Source: Pedobacter sp.
GTDB taxonomy: Bacteria > Desulfobacterota > Desulfuromonadia > Desulfuromonadales > Syntrophotaleaceae
Direction of reading: 5' to 3'
Length of the DNA stretch: 64,000 bases
Assembly (NCBI GenBank): GCA_050253415.1
Contig: JBFWJC010000005.1
Span: 1 to 64,000 of the forward strand
In this document: piece by piece, positions 36,388 to 47,332 of the stretch
Layout of the letters: every line of letters starts with the position of its first letter
Numbering within the stretch: position 1 is the first letter of the stretch
The notes under the pieces: model-generated
Databases searched by the model: none
What the model saw: only the letters and a program-made list of their open reading frames with translations
Told to the model about the DNA's origin: nothing
Program-made: the position numbers and the translations under genes

Positions 36388-39351
36388 TTAATGGGCAATC
36401 ACATGATAGGGCGTTGGCGTTGGCGCACACCATGCGAGTCGACTAACCAACAAATCGATAGACCCAGGTTTTCCAAATAAATACCCTTGCAGAAGGTCAC
36501 ATTTAAATCGTTGTAGAAACTCGACTTGTAGTTCTGTTTCTACGCCCTCTGCCACAACAACAAGGGACAGATCATGTGCGAGGCGTATGGTTGATTCCAC
36601 AATAGAAAAGTCTTTATAATTGGTAAGCGCTGCCTGGATAAAGGACCGATCTATCTTTAAGGTACTAGCGGGTAAATTTTCAATGTAACTCAGCGAAGAA
36701 TATCCCGTTCCAAAATCATCAATCGATAGTTCTATCCCCATGCTTCGAAGATTATTTAGTTTTTCAAGAGATTTATCTAGATTTTCCATCAACTTTGATT
36801 CCGTCAATTCGAATACCAGACCTAGCTCCTTTGTTGGGTAATCCTGTTTTTCAAGAATGGATTTTGTTCGCTCGATAAAGGTGTCTTCACAGAGTTGGTC
36901 AATCGACAGATTGACAGAAAATTTTAAGGGTGGTAACCCCTGCTTTTTAAATTTGGTGATATCCTGACACACCGTTTTCAGTAGCCATTCTCCCATCGGA
37001 ACAATAAGGTTTGTTGCTTCGGCGACAGGGATAAATTCACTCGGGGGAACGGGGCCAAGTTTTTTGCTTTCCCATCGCATAAGAGCTTCTGCGGCCACAA
37101 TTTTTTCGGTTTTAGCATCCACGATCGGCTGATAATGAAGGTATAGCTCGTTCCTTTTGAGGGCCAGTCGAAGTTCTTGTTCAAGGACATGATTTCGCTG
37201 GGCTTTGGCTTGTATTTCAGGGCTGAAAAACGCGTATTTACTGCCCGTGGTATTTGCTAAAGATTCAAGTGCGGCAAGCGCATTTTGAAACAGGATGTAA
37301 TGATCGGTGCTATTTTGCGGGGCGATAGAAACGCCCGCTTTGGCTGTTACAAATATATTTTTTTCCTCGAGTGTGGGTGAATCGGGGAAAGAGTCGAATA
37401 GCCGCTTTAACCTTTCATCGATATCTGAAATTTTTTCCACGTTTTCAAATAGCATCACAAACCTGGAAGGGGAGATTCGGGCCAAGGTGTCCGCTCTTTG
37501 CAAATGTCGCTCTAAATAACGAACGACTTCTTTTACCACAAGGTCGCGATTTTCGATTCCATGAACTACCGCTATCTGGTCCAACTGGTCGATACGCACG
37601 GTGACTATGGCGAGATGTTTTCCAGAATCTTTCGTACGGATGAGTCCTTGTTGCAGACGGTTGTGAAGCAAAGTTCGGTTAGGTATGCCCGTTAAAGGAT
37701 CGTAGTGGCTCAACCGATTGATTTCGCCGTCTTTGTGGCAATATTCCAACCCCATTGAGGTATCGTTGGCGAGGTCTTTGAGAAGCTCCATTTCCTCATT
37801 GTTAAAAAAGTCTTTTTCCCTTGAATAAAAAGCCAGGACACCATCATTTTCCGTATCAACGGAGAGCAGGCATACAGCCATACTATTGATGCCGTGCCGC
37901 ATAGCGTTTTTGCGCCACGTTTCGGAGTAAATACTGTTCTCAATATCGTTACAAAAAAAAGCCCCTGGTTTTCGCAGACAACTTTCCCATGGTCCGTTTC
38001 CGTCAAGATTTTCCTTGTAAATTATGTCAGATGATTGGTTGATGTATTCGGATCCCGGTCCACTCCATGCCAAAGGCATTACTTCACCGGTTTCGACATT
38101 TTTTTGTCCTGCCGCAACCAGAAAATAGCCGCATTTGGTGCTGGCAATCTGGCATGCAGCTTTCAGTAAATCTTCTTTGTTGCGAGTTCTTAAAACGACT
38201 TTGTTGAATTCACTAATCACGGAGTACAGTCGATTCAGGGCAAAGATCTGCTTCTGAAAGTGCAACATGCCTAATTCTCTTTGCTCAAGGGTTCGAGCCA
38301 TAAAATTAAAGCATGTTTCTAAGCAAGCAAACTCCTCACAACTGCTATTAATTGTTGCATGGGTGGTTAAGTCACCTTTTGCGATATCCCTGAAATTTTC
38401 TACAAGATGATCCAGAGGTTGCAGGATCCACCTCTTTGAAAAAAAACAAATGAGTGTACCGACTCCAAGAATAAGCACCAAAAGGCCCACAAGATGTTTT
38501 TTGGTGCGCATATTCAACTCAGCATAAAGGCTGGATGTTGGAATACTCAGCGTCAGATACGTCGGGGAGGGGAACGACGCGAGACGGAATATTGCGGAAA
38601 CATGAGATACTCCTTGTTCATAAACCTCTTCCTTAAAGTAATAGGCATCTTGGTCCCGGGACAGTAAAGAAATATAATGGTTTGATGTCACTTTGGGCTG
38701 AGAACCCCGGTTTGTAGCCGTTGTAAAAATGGTTTCCCCGTTTTCATCGATCAATCTAAGGACTGTTCCTTCGGGAAAATTTGATTCACTGTATGCCTGC
38801 TCGAATCCGCCTAGAGACATGCCGGCTATCAAAACTGTCTTCAATCGGTTATTTGGGGTAAAAACTGGTAGCGCAAAGGCTATGACCGGTTGACCGGTAA
38901 CCTTTCCTCGAAGGAGTCCGCTACTGGTCATTTTTTCAATTTTAATGGCTTCTATAAAATAGGCACGATCGGAGAAATTATCAGGATTCGGCGTGGCAGG
39001 CTGTGTAAAAATCGCGGTACCGTCTGGATTGCAAAGGATAAGAGCCGATATGCATGGATGGGCTTCCCTGTATTCTTTGACGATCTTCTGCCAAGCGGCT
39101 GAAGGAAGGTACTGGTTACCTGCGAAGATTTGACTCAACAATAACAAATCGTTCCGAACGAACAAGAATTTCTTTTCTAGTTTTGCTGAAGTTGATCGAG
39201 ATAATTGAAGAAATTTTCTCTTGGTCGCTTCAAAGGCCAAGTTTTTATCTTGTACATGTTCATGGGCAATAATGCATATTAAAGGCAAGGTTATAATCGC
39301 TATTAAAATATAAATATAGACTTTTAATTTAAGCGTAAACTTTTGGTTCAT
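36388..39351 (-). CDS. dCache-HAMP-GAF-degenerate GGDEF-EAL phosphodiesterase
   Basis: FSDRAYF Cache motif; GAF; GGDEF replaced by SPSRF; AEALMRW, DDFGTGYSSL. Confidence 0.92.
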   Translation of the reverse strand: MNQKFTLKLKVYIYILIAIITLPLICIIAHEHVQDKNLAFEATKRKFLQLSRSTSAKLEKKFLFVRNDLLLLSQIFAGNQYLPSAAWQKIVKEYREAHPCISALILCNPDGTAIFTQPATPNPDNFSDRAYFIEAIKIEKMTSSGLLRGKVTGQPVIAFALPVFTPNNRLKTVLIAGMSLGGFEQAYSESNFPEGTVLRLIDENGETIFTTATNRGSQPKVTSNHYISLLSRDQDAYYFKEEVYEQGVSHVSAIFRLASFPSPTYLTLSIPTSSLYAELNMRTKKHLVGLLVLILGVGTLICFFSKRWILQPLDHLVENFRDIAKGDLTTHATINSSCEEFACLETCFNFMARTLEQRELGMLHFQKQIFALNRLYSVISEFNKVVLRTRNKEDLLKAACQIASTKCGYFLVAAGQKNVETGEVMPLAWSGPGSEYINQSSDIIYKENLDGNGPWESCLRKPGAFFCNDIENSIYSETWRKNAMRHGINSMAVCLLSVDTENDGVLAFYSREKDFFNNEEMELLKDLANDTSMGLEYCHKDGEINRLSHYDPLTGIPNRTLLHNRLQQGLIRTKDSGKHLAIVTVRIDQLDQIAVVHGIENRDLVVKEVVRYLERHLQRADTLARISPSRFVMLFENVEKISDIDERLKRLFDSFPDSPTLEEKNIFVTAKAGVSIAPQNSTDHYILFQNALAALESLANTTGSKYAFFSPEIQAKAQRNHVLEQELRLALKRNELYLHYQPIVDAKTEKIVAAEALMRWESKKLGPVPPSEFIPVAEATNLIVPMGEWLLKTVCQDITKFKKQGLPPLKFSVNLSIDQLCEDTFIERTKSILEKQDYPTKELGLVFELTESKLMENLDKSLEKLNNLRSMGIELSIDDFGTGYSSLSYIENLPASTLKIDRSFIQAALTNYKDFSIVESTIRLAHDLSLVVVAEGVETELQVEFLQRFKCDLLQGYLFGKPGSIDLLVSRLAWCAPTPTPYHVIAH

Positions 39352-39622
39352 TATTGCTGCCTATCTAAATTCTGGTTTGAAGTAGGAAGTTCACCAGGGA
39401 AATAAGAAAAGCGCCTGGTAAAAAACTTTTTTTAAAAATATGGATATTTCGAGCAAAACAAGGTAAGTGTGACGTGACCGGTTACCATTTTGAGGGAATA
39501 TGCTCCTGAGAGGGCGATGACTATGTCTCTCAATCAGATCCGCAATACTTTTCAACCCACGCACAACGGCTGAAATCACCGCCCTGAACTGGCCCCATAA
39601 GTGGCTAAGGTCACTTGAATAT

Positions 39623-39638
39623 AGCAAGCGTCCTGCCA
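39623..39638 (-). promoter_or_regulatory. Sigma54 promoter
   Basis: TGGCAGGACGCTTGCT (GG-N10-GC). Confidence 0.8.
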
Positions 39639-39716
39639 ACCCCTCAGTGTTATCTATAACCTGCTTATTTTATTAACAATGGTCCGCCACTGCCAAAAAT
39701 AGAGGTCTTGAGGATG

Positions 39717-39848
39717 GCAACAATAGTTGCTAAAAACATGATTAAAAAATCGTGGTAAAAAACGGTTTTCTTAATTATTTAAAGTACTTGTATTGCCATG
39801 AACACGGAAATATAAAAAGAGTGTGAGCAACAATTGTTGCTCACACTC
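39717..39848. promoter_or_regulatory. Two GCAACAATNGTTGC palindromic UAS sites
   Basis: 39717-39730 and 39827-39840, the latter within a perfect 30-bp palindrome 39819-39848. Confidence 0.75.
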
Positions 39849-39924
39849 AAAATGAACAAAATCTGTATCGTGGCATTTTTTGAGGGGCCGGAACCTGATT
39901 TATAGGTTCCCACTTGATAAAGCA

Positions 39925-40757
39925 TCAAACACCTATTGACATACCTTGCTGTAAGTCATTCTCTGGACTGTCGCTGGTAAGTACAATGGAACTCGACGTT
40001 TTTGAAGGAATAGTGTTGTCATAGACAAAGGTCAGTGCCCGTCGAACCCGGGCAAGCAACCGTGTGAAATCCAGCGGCTTGGCTACAAAATCGAAATACC
40101 CCATGTCAAGCAGCTGCGCCTCTTCTTCGGGGTAGGCACGAGTTGACATGCCGATTACTGGAATTTGGCGGGACCGGCAATTGGTCTGTAAGGTGCGAAA
40201 AACATCTTTACCGCTCATACCCGACAATGAAGATTCTAAAATGATAAGATGGGGTATTTTCCTCAGAACCAGCCTCAGGGCATCGGCGCCATTATCCACC
40301 GACAGGGTTCGGTATCCGAATTCCTGTAGCTTGGCGCAGATAGTTTTGCAATAGATTTCCTGATTGTCGACTACCAGAATGGTACGAAAATCGCTGCCGC
40401 GGGGGTCGGCTTCTTCCAGGTAAAATAATCGGATAGCCTGATCAATCTCGGCAGGCGTAGCAAGCACCGGCACCGTGCGCATACCGGTTCGAAAGGAAAT
40501 ATCATCCAAGGTAGCAAGATCCAGCGGGTTGCAGACCGCCAGATAAATTACGCCATTTTTAACCCCGAGGGGAAATATCTTTTTTTGCACCGCCAAGCGA
40601 CTGTCGATTTTTTTGGTCAGGGACTCAAACTGAACAGGTCGCCGGATTTGTTCGATCTTTTTCATCTGGAACTGACGCGCCAGGGCTCGGTTAAGATCGT
40701 TTTCCGAAATGACCCCATTCCGAGCAACATCTTGTCAAAACGTAAGCGTTTTCCCAT
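39925..40757 (-). pseudogene. MshEN/GspE-N + REC protein, frameshifted near the 5' end (residual ORF 39925-40665)
   Basis: LAVCNPLDLATLDDISFRTG (GspE-N) and REC; one extra G in the G4 run (40713-40716) restores a 24-aa MshEN-type motif from ATG 40757. Confidence 0.75.
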
Positions 40758-40796
40758 GTACGACAATCCTTTTACAGGCTATCCGAGACTTTTTTG

Positions 40797-43037
40797 CTAA
40801 ATAGACAAGGTGTTAATGAAATTCTGTAAGTAATCATTTTCAATCTCAGGCAGTTTTGCTGATTCTTCCAGAAGATATTTGAAATATCCAGGCTTCAGAA
40901 AGTTTTCCGCTATAGGGGCAGGCTGAGGTTTGCAAAATAAGAAACCCTGTGCAAAATCGACACCTTTGCATTTCAAAAAGGACAATTGTTCCAATGTTTC
41001 CACGCCTTCGCCCACCAAGTAAAGATTAAGAGCCTTACCAAGATTTATAATAGTTTCGGTAATGGTCATCATCTGTGAGCTGGAATTGACTTTCTGAACA
41101 AAGCTCCTGTCGATTTTAAGTTTGGTTAGCGGAAACTTGTTCAGATGGCCGAGGGAACTGTAGCCCGTTCCAAAATCATCCAAGGCGAGTCCAAACCCCT
41201 TGTCTTTCATAGTCTGAAGCGTAATGAGCCCTTTCTCTACTTCGTGCATCAGTTCGTTTTCTAAAATCTCCAAAGTGAAATAGCGGGCCTTTATATCGAT
41301 TTCCTTTAAAATTTGGGTGAGCTTTTCAGAAAAGCCTTCTTTGCAAAATAATCGGGGGGGAAGATTGATGCTCAAGGCTATTTTTTTATGGCCGAGACTA
41401 TGCCAGTGTTTAAGCTGACCGGCAGCTGTTCGGAGGACCCATACAGTGAGCTTTTCGTTTAGGCCCATGCGCTCGACAGCAGGCAAAAAATCTGCAGGGG
41501 GTATTAAGCCCATTTTAGGGTGATCCCAGCGCACAAGAGCTTCCAGGGAAGTGGCGCTACCAGTGCGAAGATCAATGATGGGCTGATAATGTAAAATCAA
41601 TTGATCCTTCTCGATGGCATCCCAAAGCTCAGATTCCAGAAATATCGCCGTTTTCTGGTTGCCATTTAACAAAGAGCGGTTGAAAAATATGCACCCATCG
41701 TCTGCTTTTTTTGCTTGTATTTTTGCCATTGAAGCCCATTCCAATAACTGACCTGGGTTATTCTCGCTCAAACAAGACAAAGCGATGCCGGCATGTGGGT
41801 TCAGGCGCAACTTCACTCCTTCAACAACCATCGGTTTTCTCAATTTTTTTAGAATGTTTTTCGTTATTTTAACGACTTCGTCCTCGGTTTGAATTTTTTC
41901 GAGGACCAGGCCAAAACCTGCGCCGTCTAAACGACCGATGAGGTCTTTCGATGTGGCGAAATTTTCCAGCCTTTTAGCAATGATTTGAAGAACCTTGTCG
42001 CCCATAGTGCGACCAAATGTGTTGTTGAGGTCCCTGATACGTCCGGGTTCTATATTTATTAATGCAATCCGTGTTCCTGCAGTTTGAGCAGTGGTTAGAG
42101 TGATGGAGAGACATTCGACAAAAAATTGTCGTTTTGGCAATTGCGTTAATGGATCAAAAACGGATACTCGTTCTAATTCGTTTTGCGAGTGTTTTAACCG
42201 ATTTTCGAGTTCGATTCTTTCACTCATGTTGACAATGATGCCGCGAATTCCTGTTGGCTCCCCATCTGATCCTAGGATTAAGTTGGCGTAGACAACCAAC
42301 GGGAAACCCGTGCCGTCTTTTTTGCATCCCCAGTATTTTGCACTGGCGTTGATACCGCGAAGCTTCCGAGCAAAATTATCTTTTGCCCTTTGCCTGTCTT
42401 CTTCAATAAGGAAGTCGAAAATGCTAGAGCGTGTCTCTTCTTCGGAAGGGTGAAATGTGAAAAACTTGGAAAAGGCTTTATTGAAATACTGCAATCGCCC
42501 GGAAACATCGGTTTCAAAAACCGCTTGCGGCAACAAATCGGTCAAATCTCGTAAACGCCTTTCACTTTCACGAAGGGCTGCGTTTTCTTTCTTCCGTTCG
42601 GTCAAATCAATAATGACACCGATGAGTCCGCCTAAAGAACCATCCTGGTTGTAAAACTTGCTTTTTTGAAAGAGAACGTCTTTGACCATGCCATTTGAAG
42701 CGACAAGCTTTGTTTCATAAACCTGTTGACAATCTTTTGAATTTAAAAAGACATGATCAGCTTTATAGTAAACATCACCGTTTTCCTTGTTTGATACATC
42801 ATATACAGTGTGGCCTATAATGCGTTCCTTTGGTAAACCTATAAAATCGCCAAAACTCCTGTTGCAACCAAGATAAAAACCACTTGTATCTTTATAGAAA
42901 ACCGGAATAGGAACTTCGTCTAATAATGTTTGTAAAAATTCCATTTTGTTTTGAGAAGTTTCTGATAATTTATTTGTTTTTCTATTTTTAATAATTAGGC
43001 TAATCATTTTGTTTAGAGACTCACATGCGAAATTCAT
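40797..43037 (-). CDS. PAS-PAS-degenerate GGDEF-EAL phosphodiesterase
   Basis: PVFYKD..G.YLGCN PAS; GGDEF replaced by DGAGF; LEALVRW, DDFGTGYSSL. Confidence 0.92.
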   Translation of the reverse strand: MNFACESLNKMISLIIKNRKTNKLSETSQNKMEFLQTLLDEVPIPVFYKDTSGFYLGCNRSFGDFIGLPKERIIGHTVYDVSNKENGDVYYKADHVFLNSKDCQQVYETKLVASNGMVKDVLFQKSKFYNQDGSLGGLIGVIIDLTERKKENAALRESERRLRDLTDLLPQAVFETDVSGRLQYFNKAFSKFFTFHPSEEETRSSIFDFLIEEDRQRAKDNFARKLRGINASAKYWGCKKDGTGFPLVVYANLILGSDGEPTGIRGIIVNMSERIELENRLKHSQNELERVSVFDPLTQLPKRQFFVECLSITLTTAQTAGTRIALINIEPGRIRDLNNTFGRTMGDKVLQIIAKRLENFATSKDLIGRLDGAGFGLVLEKIQTEDEVVKITKNILKKLRKPMVVEGVKLRLNPHAGIALSCLSENNPGQLLEWASMAKIQAKKADDGCIFFNRSLLNGNQKTAIFLESELWDAIEKDQLILHYQPIIDLRTGSATSLEALVRWDHPKMGLIPPADFLPAVERMGLNEKLTVWVLRTAAGQLKHWHSLGHKKIALSINLPPRLFCKEGFSEKLTQILKEIDIKARYFTLEILENELMHEVEKGLITLQTMKDKGFGLALDDFGTGYSSLGHLNKFPLTKLKIDRSFVQKVNSSSQMMTITETIINLGKALNLYLVGEGVETLEQLSFLKCKGVDFAQGFLFCKPQPAPIAENFLKPGYFKYLLEESAKLPEIENDYLQNFINTLSI

Positions 43038-43384
43038 TGATAACCAGAGAGGTGGTAGGCCTTAGCCTCTGTAACTTTTTGAGCATCACCCAGAATTTAG
43101 ACAGACTAACCTTTGAAGTTTGGGGCTTCGAAAAAACTTACCTTTGTCAATTATGATCAACAACGGTGCAACAATTGTATCAAAGAGATTTTGGCGATTT
43201 TTTGGACCTATTTATCTGAAAACCTGGTGCAGACCATTTTGCGTTATGGGCATTTATACCATCAGCAAATTCCTCAAAAGGTCTTGCTGCGTAAAACTCT
43301 CGTGGAAGCCCCGAAAAATTCTCAAAAAAAGAAAACTTAACTTTTTCATAAACAGGTTTGAATCATGTGGGAGCTGACAAATAG

Positions 43385-45058
43385 TTATATTCCGTGTAAA
43401 ACAAGGGCAAGAAGCATCCCATGGACTCCCCATAATGCCCAGCGAAGCATAGTTCGTGAGTGGATGACCAGTACCTTGAAAGATAAAAACAAAATTAGTC
43501 CTTTCATAATCACTTCTGGGTAAATGTTGGGTAGCTTTAAATTTGTTGACGATATCGATATGCATAGGGGGAGACCAAATAGGAGGAAATCCATGGTCGA
43601 ATACCGCATTATATATTCCTTTTTTTTGAAAGCCATTTTGAAAAAGACCAATACAGCTACAGAACAGATAATAAGACGGTTGATCATGGTATATGACACA
43701 AAACAAAAACCGGCAGGCACCATAAGTCGTTCCGATTGAAAAGCAATGATAAGACCGGAAATGAACAGTACTGCCATGAGAAATGGGTTTCGTAAATCCC
43801 TAGCATAAAAAAACGATAAAGAACTCACGGTTAATAAAATCCCTGATATAACCGCGACCTGAGCATCAACAGCTACTGTGTAGTAATTAGTCCGGAAAAG
43901 AAAGACTAATAAAAGAGAAGCTAAAACTGGGTCGATCTTGGTACTCAAGGAGGCAAGCCAACGGTAAAAGCGCGTTTCTCTAAGACTTCGGTCAGAGTCC
44001 AGTCTAAGTATTGGTAATTTTCCTTTGTATTTAATTGATAGAGAGAGAGATGTATAAAAAACAATTGAAAGTATGAGGTAGGTTGAAAATAGCAGTCGTT
44101 CTGGCTGCTGGTAAAAAACCAGTGCCACCATGATCCAGAAAAGCGTGAGTCCATGAATAATCATAACGGTGAAGCGATGGTGAAAACCAAGATCAAGAAA
44201 ACGGTGATGCACATGACTCCGGTCTGGCGAGAAAGGGCTTTTTCCTAGGAAAAGCCTTCGAATCATGACTCTGAGAGTGTCGATGATGGGCAATCCAAGA
44301 ATAAGAAAAGGCACTACCGGTTTAATAGTCGATTCAGGTCCTTGGGTTAGAAAAATAGCCAAAAAACCAAGAATAAAACCAATGGTGAGACTACCTGCGT
44401 CCCCCATAAATATGCGAGACGGATAAATGTTGAATCGCAAAAAGCCGAAAATCCCCCCAATTAAAGCCGCGCAAAGGGACATCACGACTTCATTTCCTTC
44501 AAAATAGCCAATAAGGAAAAAACCACTCAGTGCCATGACCGCAAAACCACCTGCCAGACCGTCCAGTCCGTCGAGAAGATTTAGCGCATTCACTACTCCA
44601 ACAATAGCAAAAACAGTGAAAGGGATGCCGATCCAGAGGGGTAGGCTGATTGGGCCAGTTCCAAGAGGGTCTCCGATATTTGTGATGTACAACTGCCCGA
44701 CAAAAATGGTTATCAGGCAACCACAAATCTCGCCGAAAAACTTTTTTTTGGCGGAAAGACCATACAAGTCGTCCACCAACCCAGTAGAAAATAAAATTAG
44801 GGAGCCCGCTAAAATGCCCCTGACTTGGCAATTAATCTTTTCAAAGATCAAAATAGAAAATAAAAATGCGATGAAAATCGCTACTCCACCTAGCCGCGGC
44901 ATTGGTCGGAAATGAACCTTGCGATCATTTGGGATATCAAAATGCCTCTTTTCGATGGCCCATCGTCTCAAAGCGGGTACCATTATCAGCGAAAGGAAAA
45001 GAGCTGTCATCGAAATGTATATTACATTCGTATATTCTATGGTGAGAGCGTTTTTCAT
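43385..45058 (-). CDS. WecA/TagO-like polyprenyl-phosphate HexNAc-1-P transferase with C-terminal membrane extension
   Basis: RKVH..PMPRLGG, GLVDD, NALNLLDGLDGL, FMGDAGS, PDRSHVHH. Confidence 0.9.
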   Translation of the reverse strand: MKNALTIEYTNVIYISMTALFLSLIMVPALRRWAIEKRHFDIPNDRKVHFRPMPRLGGVAIFIAFLFSILIFEKINCQVRGILAGSLILFSTGLVDDLYGLSAKKKFFGEICGCLITIFVGQLYITNIGDPLGTGPISLPLWIGIPFTVFAIVGVVNALNLLDGLDGLAGGFAVMALSGFFLIGYFEGNEVVMSLCAALIGGIFGFLRFNIYPSRIFMGDAGSLTIGFILGFLAIFLTQGPESTIKPVVPFLILGLPIIDTLRVMIRRLFLGKSPFSPDRSHVHHRFLDLGFHHRFTVMIIHGLTLFWIMVALVFYQQPERLLFSTYLILSIVFYTSLSLSIKYKGKLPILRLDSDRSLRETRFYRWLASLSTKIDPVLASLLLVFLFRTNYYTVAVDAQVAVISGILLTVSSLSFFYARDLRNPFLMAVLFISGLIIAFQSERLMVPAGFCFVSYTMINRLIICSVAVLVFFKMAFKKKEYIMRYSTMDFLLFGLPLCISISSTNLKLPNIYPEVIMKGLILFLSFKVLVIHSRTMLRWALWGVHGMLLALVLHGI

Positions 45059-45571
45059 TCAGTTAAATTTTCCGATTATTGTTAAAAAAATCGTAATCTT
45101 TTCAGAGCGAATATCTCTTTGTTAACACCTTTGGGAGGGGGTAGAGTATTTTTGGTCAAAATAGTTAGGATTGCATAGCAAAGGTCTTAAGAAATCACAC
45201 AAGGAAATATTAAATAGCCGCGTTTGTTTAATCTGGAATATAGGCTATTGAATCATTTGTAGAAGACAGTATATGAATTCTTATCTATAAAAATAAAGAT
45301 ACACAGATTTAATTATTTCATAAAATCCGGCAAGCTAAGATAGTATTGATATGTTTCTACGAACAAATATTAATCTTTTTAAAGTAAAAATATTTTTTTC
45401 TACAATAATCACAGCGATAGACGTGCTTAATGAAAAGAAAACTCATCCAAAAAGGTTTTTTTAAACGAAAAACCTGACCAACATTGCACTTAATACACTG
45501 CATATAAAAATCCAAATTAAATAATTAGTAAATAAAGAGTATTTTATTCTACGAAACCATATGGAAACTTA

Positions 45572-47323
45572 TTATTTCAGTTGATTTTTTTTGATCGAAA
45601 TTGAACTTATAAAGTTCAAAATCTTTTTAGGCTTACCAAAATAATAGCCTTGAGCATATCGACAACCTTTAAGAATCAGGAAAATTCGTTGCGTTTCCGA
45701 TTCTACCCCCTCAGCTATTAACTCAACATTGAGTGACTTGGCCAGGCTGATAATTGTTTCAATGATGGGGCAGGGGGCGTTAGCGTCTTTGATTTCATCT
45801 GTAAAAGATTTGTCTATTTTAATCTGATCGATGGAGAAATTTTTCAGATAACCAAGAGATGAGTATCCGGTACCAAAGTCATCTATGGATATCTTAATAC
45901 CGAGAAGTTTTAATTTTAAAAGTAATTCTTTGGCGTTCTGTGCATTTTCCATGAGGATTGATTCGGTAATCTCAAGTTTTAACCGATCTCCCGGAAATTT
46001 AGTTTCAAATAAGATTTCACGAATGACTTCGTTTAAATTCGGCTTTTCGAATTGTCTTCCAGAAAGATTGATCGATAAATCAAGTTGATAGATTTCTTCA
46101 TTTGCTAATGGCAGGAACTCCTGACATGCTTTGCGTATAACCCATTCACCTATGGGGGTGATAAGACCCGTCTCTTCTGCGATGGGTATAAACTCAGCAG
46201 GAGAGATGTTTCCTTTTTCCGGATGATACCAGCGCAGCAAGGCTTCAGCTCCGGTTATTTTTCCCGTTATCATATCGACCTGAGGTTGATATTCGAGGTA
46301 CAGTTCATCGTGTTCCAGTGCTTTTCTGAGGCCATTTTCAATTTCAAGTCTCCTTATGAGTTTTTCATTCATTTCTGAAGAAAAAAACTGATAAGTATTG
46401 CCTCGATGCTCCTTCGCTACATACATTGCGGTGTCAGCATTTCTCATAAGAGTGCTTGTATCGCTCCCATCGAATGGAAAAACTGATATACCAATGCTAC
46501 CTGTAATGTAGACTTCGTGGCCTTTGATGTTAAATGGCATTTCTAAGGCTTTTAAGATTTTATGAGCTATTTTTGATAAATTTTCTAAACACTTGAACCC
46601 AGGTAAAAGGATTACAAATTCATCGCCGCCGAGTCTCGACAGAGTGTCGGTCTCTCGCAGGCATGCAGTCAATCTTTTTGCTACAAACTTTAAAAGCAAG
46701 TCTCCAGCAGCATGTCCAAGACTATCATTTACCTTTTTAAATAAGTCCAAATCCAAAAACATGACAGCAAGATTTTTATCGAACCTTTTTGCCTCGGCTA
46801 TACCTTGTTTTAAACGATCAAGAAGTAGTTTTCTATTTGGAAGATTTGTCAAACTGTCTCGGAAAGAAAGGTCCTGAATTAATTCATTTGCTATGGTAGT
46901 TTTAGAGGAATCCGTAAATAAAAGAACGATGGCTTTATTGCCGTTTATTGTTTTTTTTAAAAATGAACAGTCAATATGTTTTTTATTCTTTGAATTTTCA
47001 AAACCAACTATTGCGTTGTAATCTTTTTCAAAGTCTATTTCTTTTAAGAAATAATTGTTAGGCTTTTCTTGGAAATTTATTGATAAACTTGTTTTTTCAC
47101 AGTCTTTCAGTGAAAGTTTTAAATATTTTATAGATTTATCTGTGACTAAAGTTTCACTGAAAATATCACTTGCGACTTTGTTATAAGACAAAACCTTACC
47201 ATTGTTTAATAATACTATTATGCCAGCATTAAGTTTATTTGTTATATCTTGTAAAAATTCTTTGTCCGTGAACTTAATGTCTTCAAAATTTATAAGCGCG
47301 GAGGTCATATATTTTTTCTCCAA
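45572..47323 (-). CDS. PAS-like-GGDEF-EAL protein
   Basis: DLDLFKKVNDSLGH, RLGGDEF, AEALLRW, DDFGTGYSSL. Confidence 0.93.
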   Translation of the reverse strand: MEKKYMTSALINFEDIKFTDKEFLQDITNKLNAGIIVLLNNGKVLSYNKVASDIFSETLVTDKSIKYLKLSLKDCEKTSLSINFQEKPNNYFLKEIDFEKDYNAIVGFENSKNKKHIDCSFLKKTINGNKAIVLLFTDSSKTTIANELIQDLSFRDSLTNLPNRKLLLDRLKQGIAEAKRFDKNLAVMFLDLDLFKKVNDSLGHAAGDLLLKFVAKRLTACLRETDTLSRLGGDEFVILLPGFKCLENLSKIAHKILKALEMPFNIKGHEVYITGSIGISVFPFDGSDTSTLMRNADTAMYVAKEHRGNTYQFFSSEMNEKLIRRLEIENGLRKALEHDELYLEYQPQVDMITGKITGAEALLRWYHPEKGNISPAEFIPIAEETGLITPIGEWVIRKACQEFLPLANEEIYQLDLSINLSGRQFEKPNLNEVIREILFETKFPGDRLKLEITESILMENAQNAKELLLKLKLLGIKISIDDFGTGYSSLGYLKNFSIDQIKIDKSFTDEIKDANAPCPIIETIISLAKSLNVELIAEGVESETQRIFLILKGCRYAQGYYFGKPKKILNFISSISIKKNQLK

Positions 47324-47332
47324 ATGAAGGGT

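Noticed and set aside
43113..43706. Short ORFs between or overlapping the PDE and WecA-like genes
   Set aside because: No recognisable domain or RBS; partly alternative frames of real genes.
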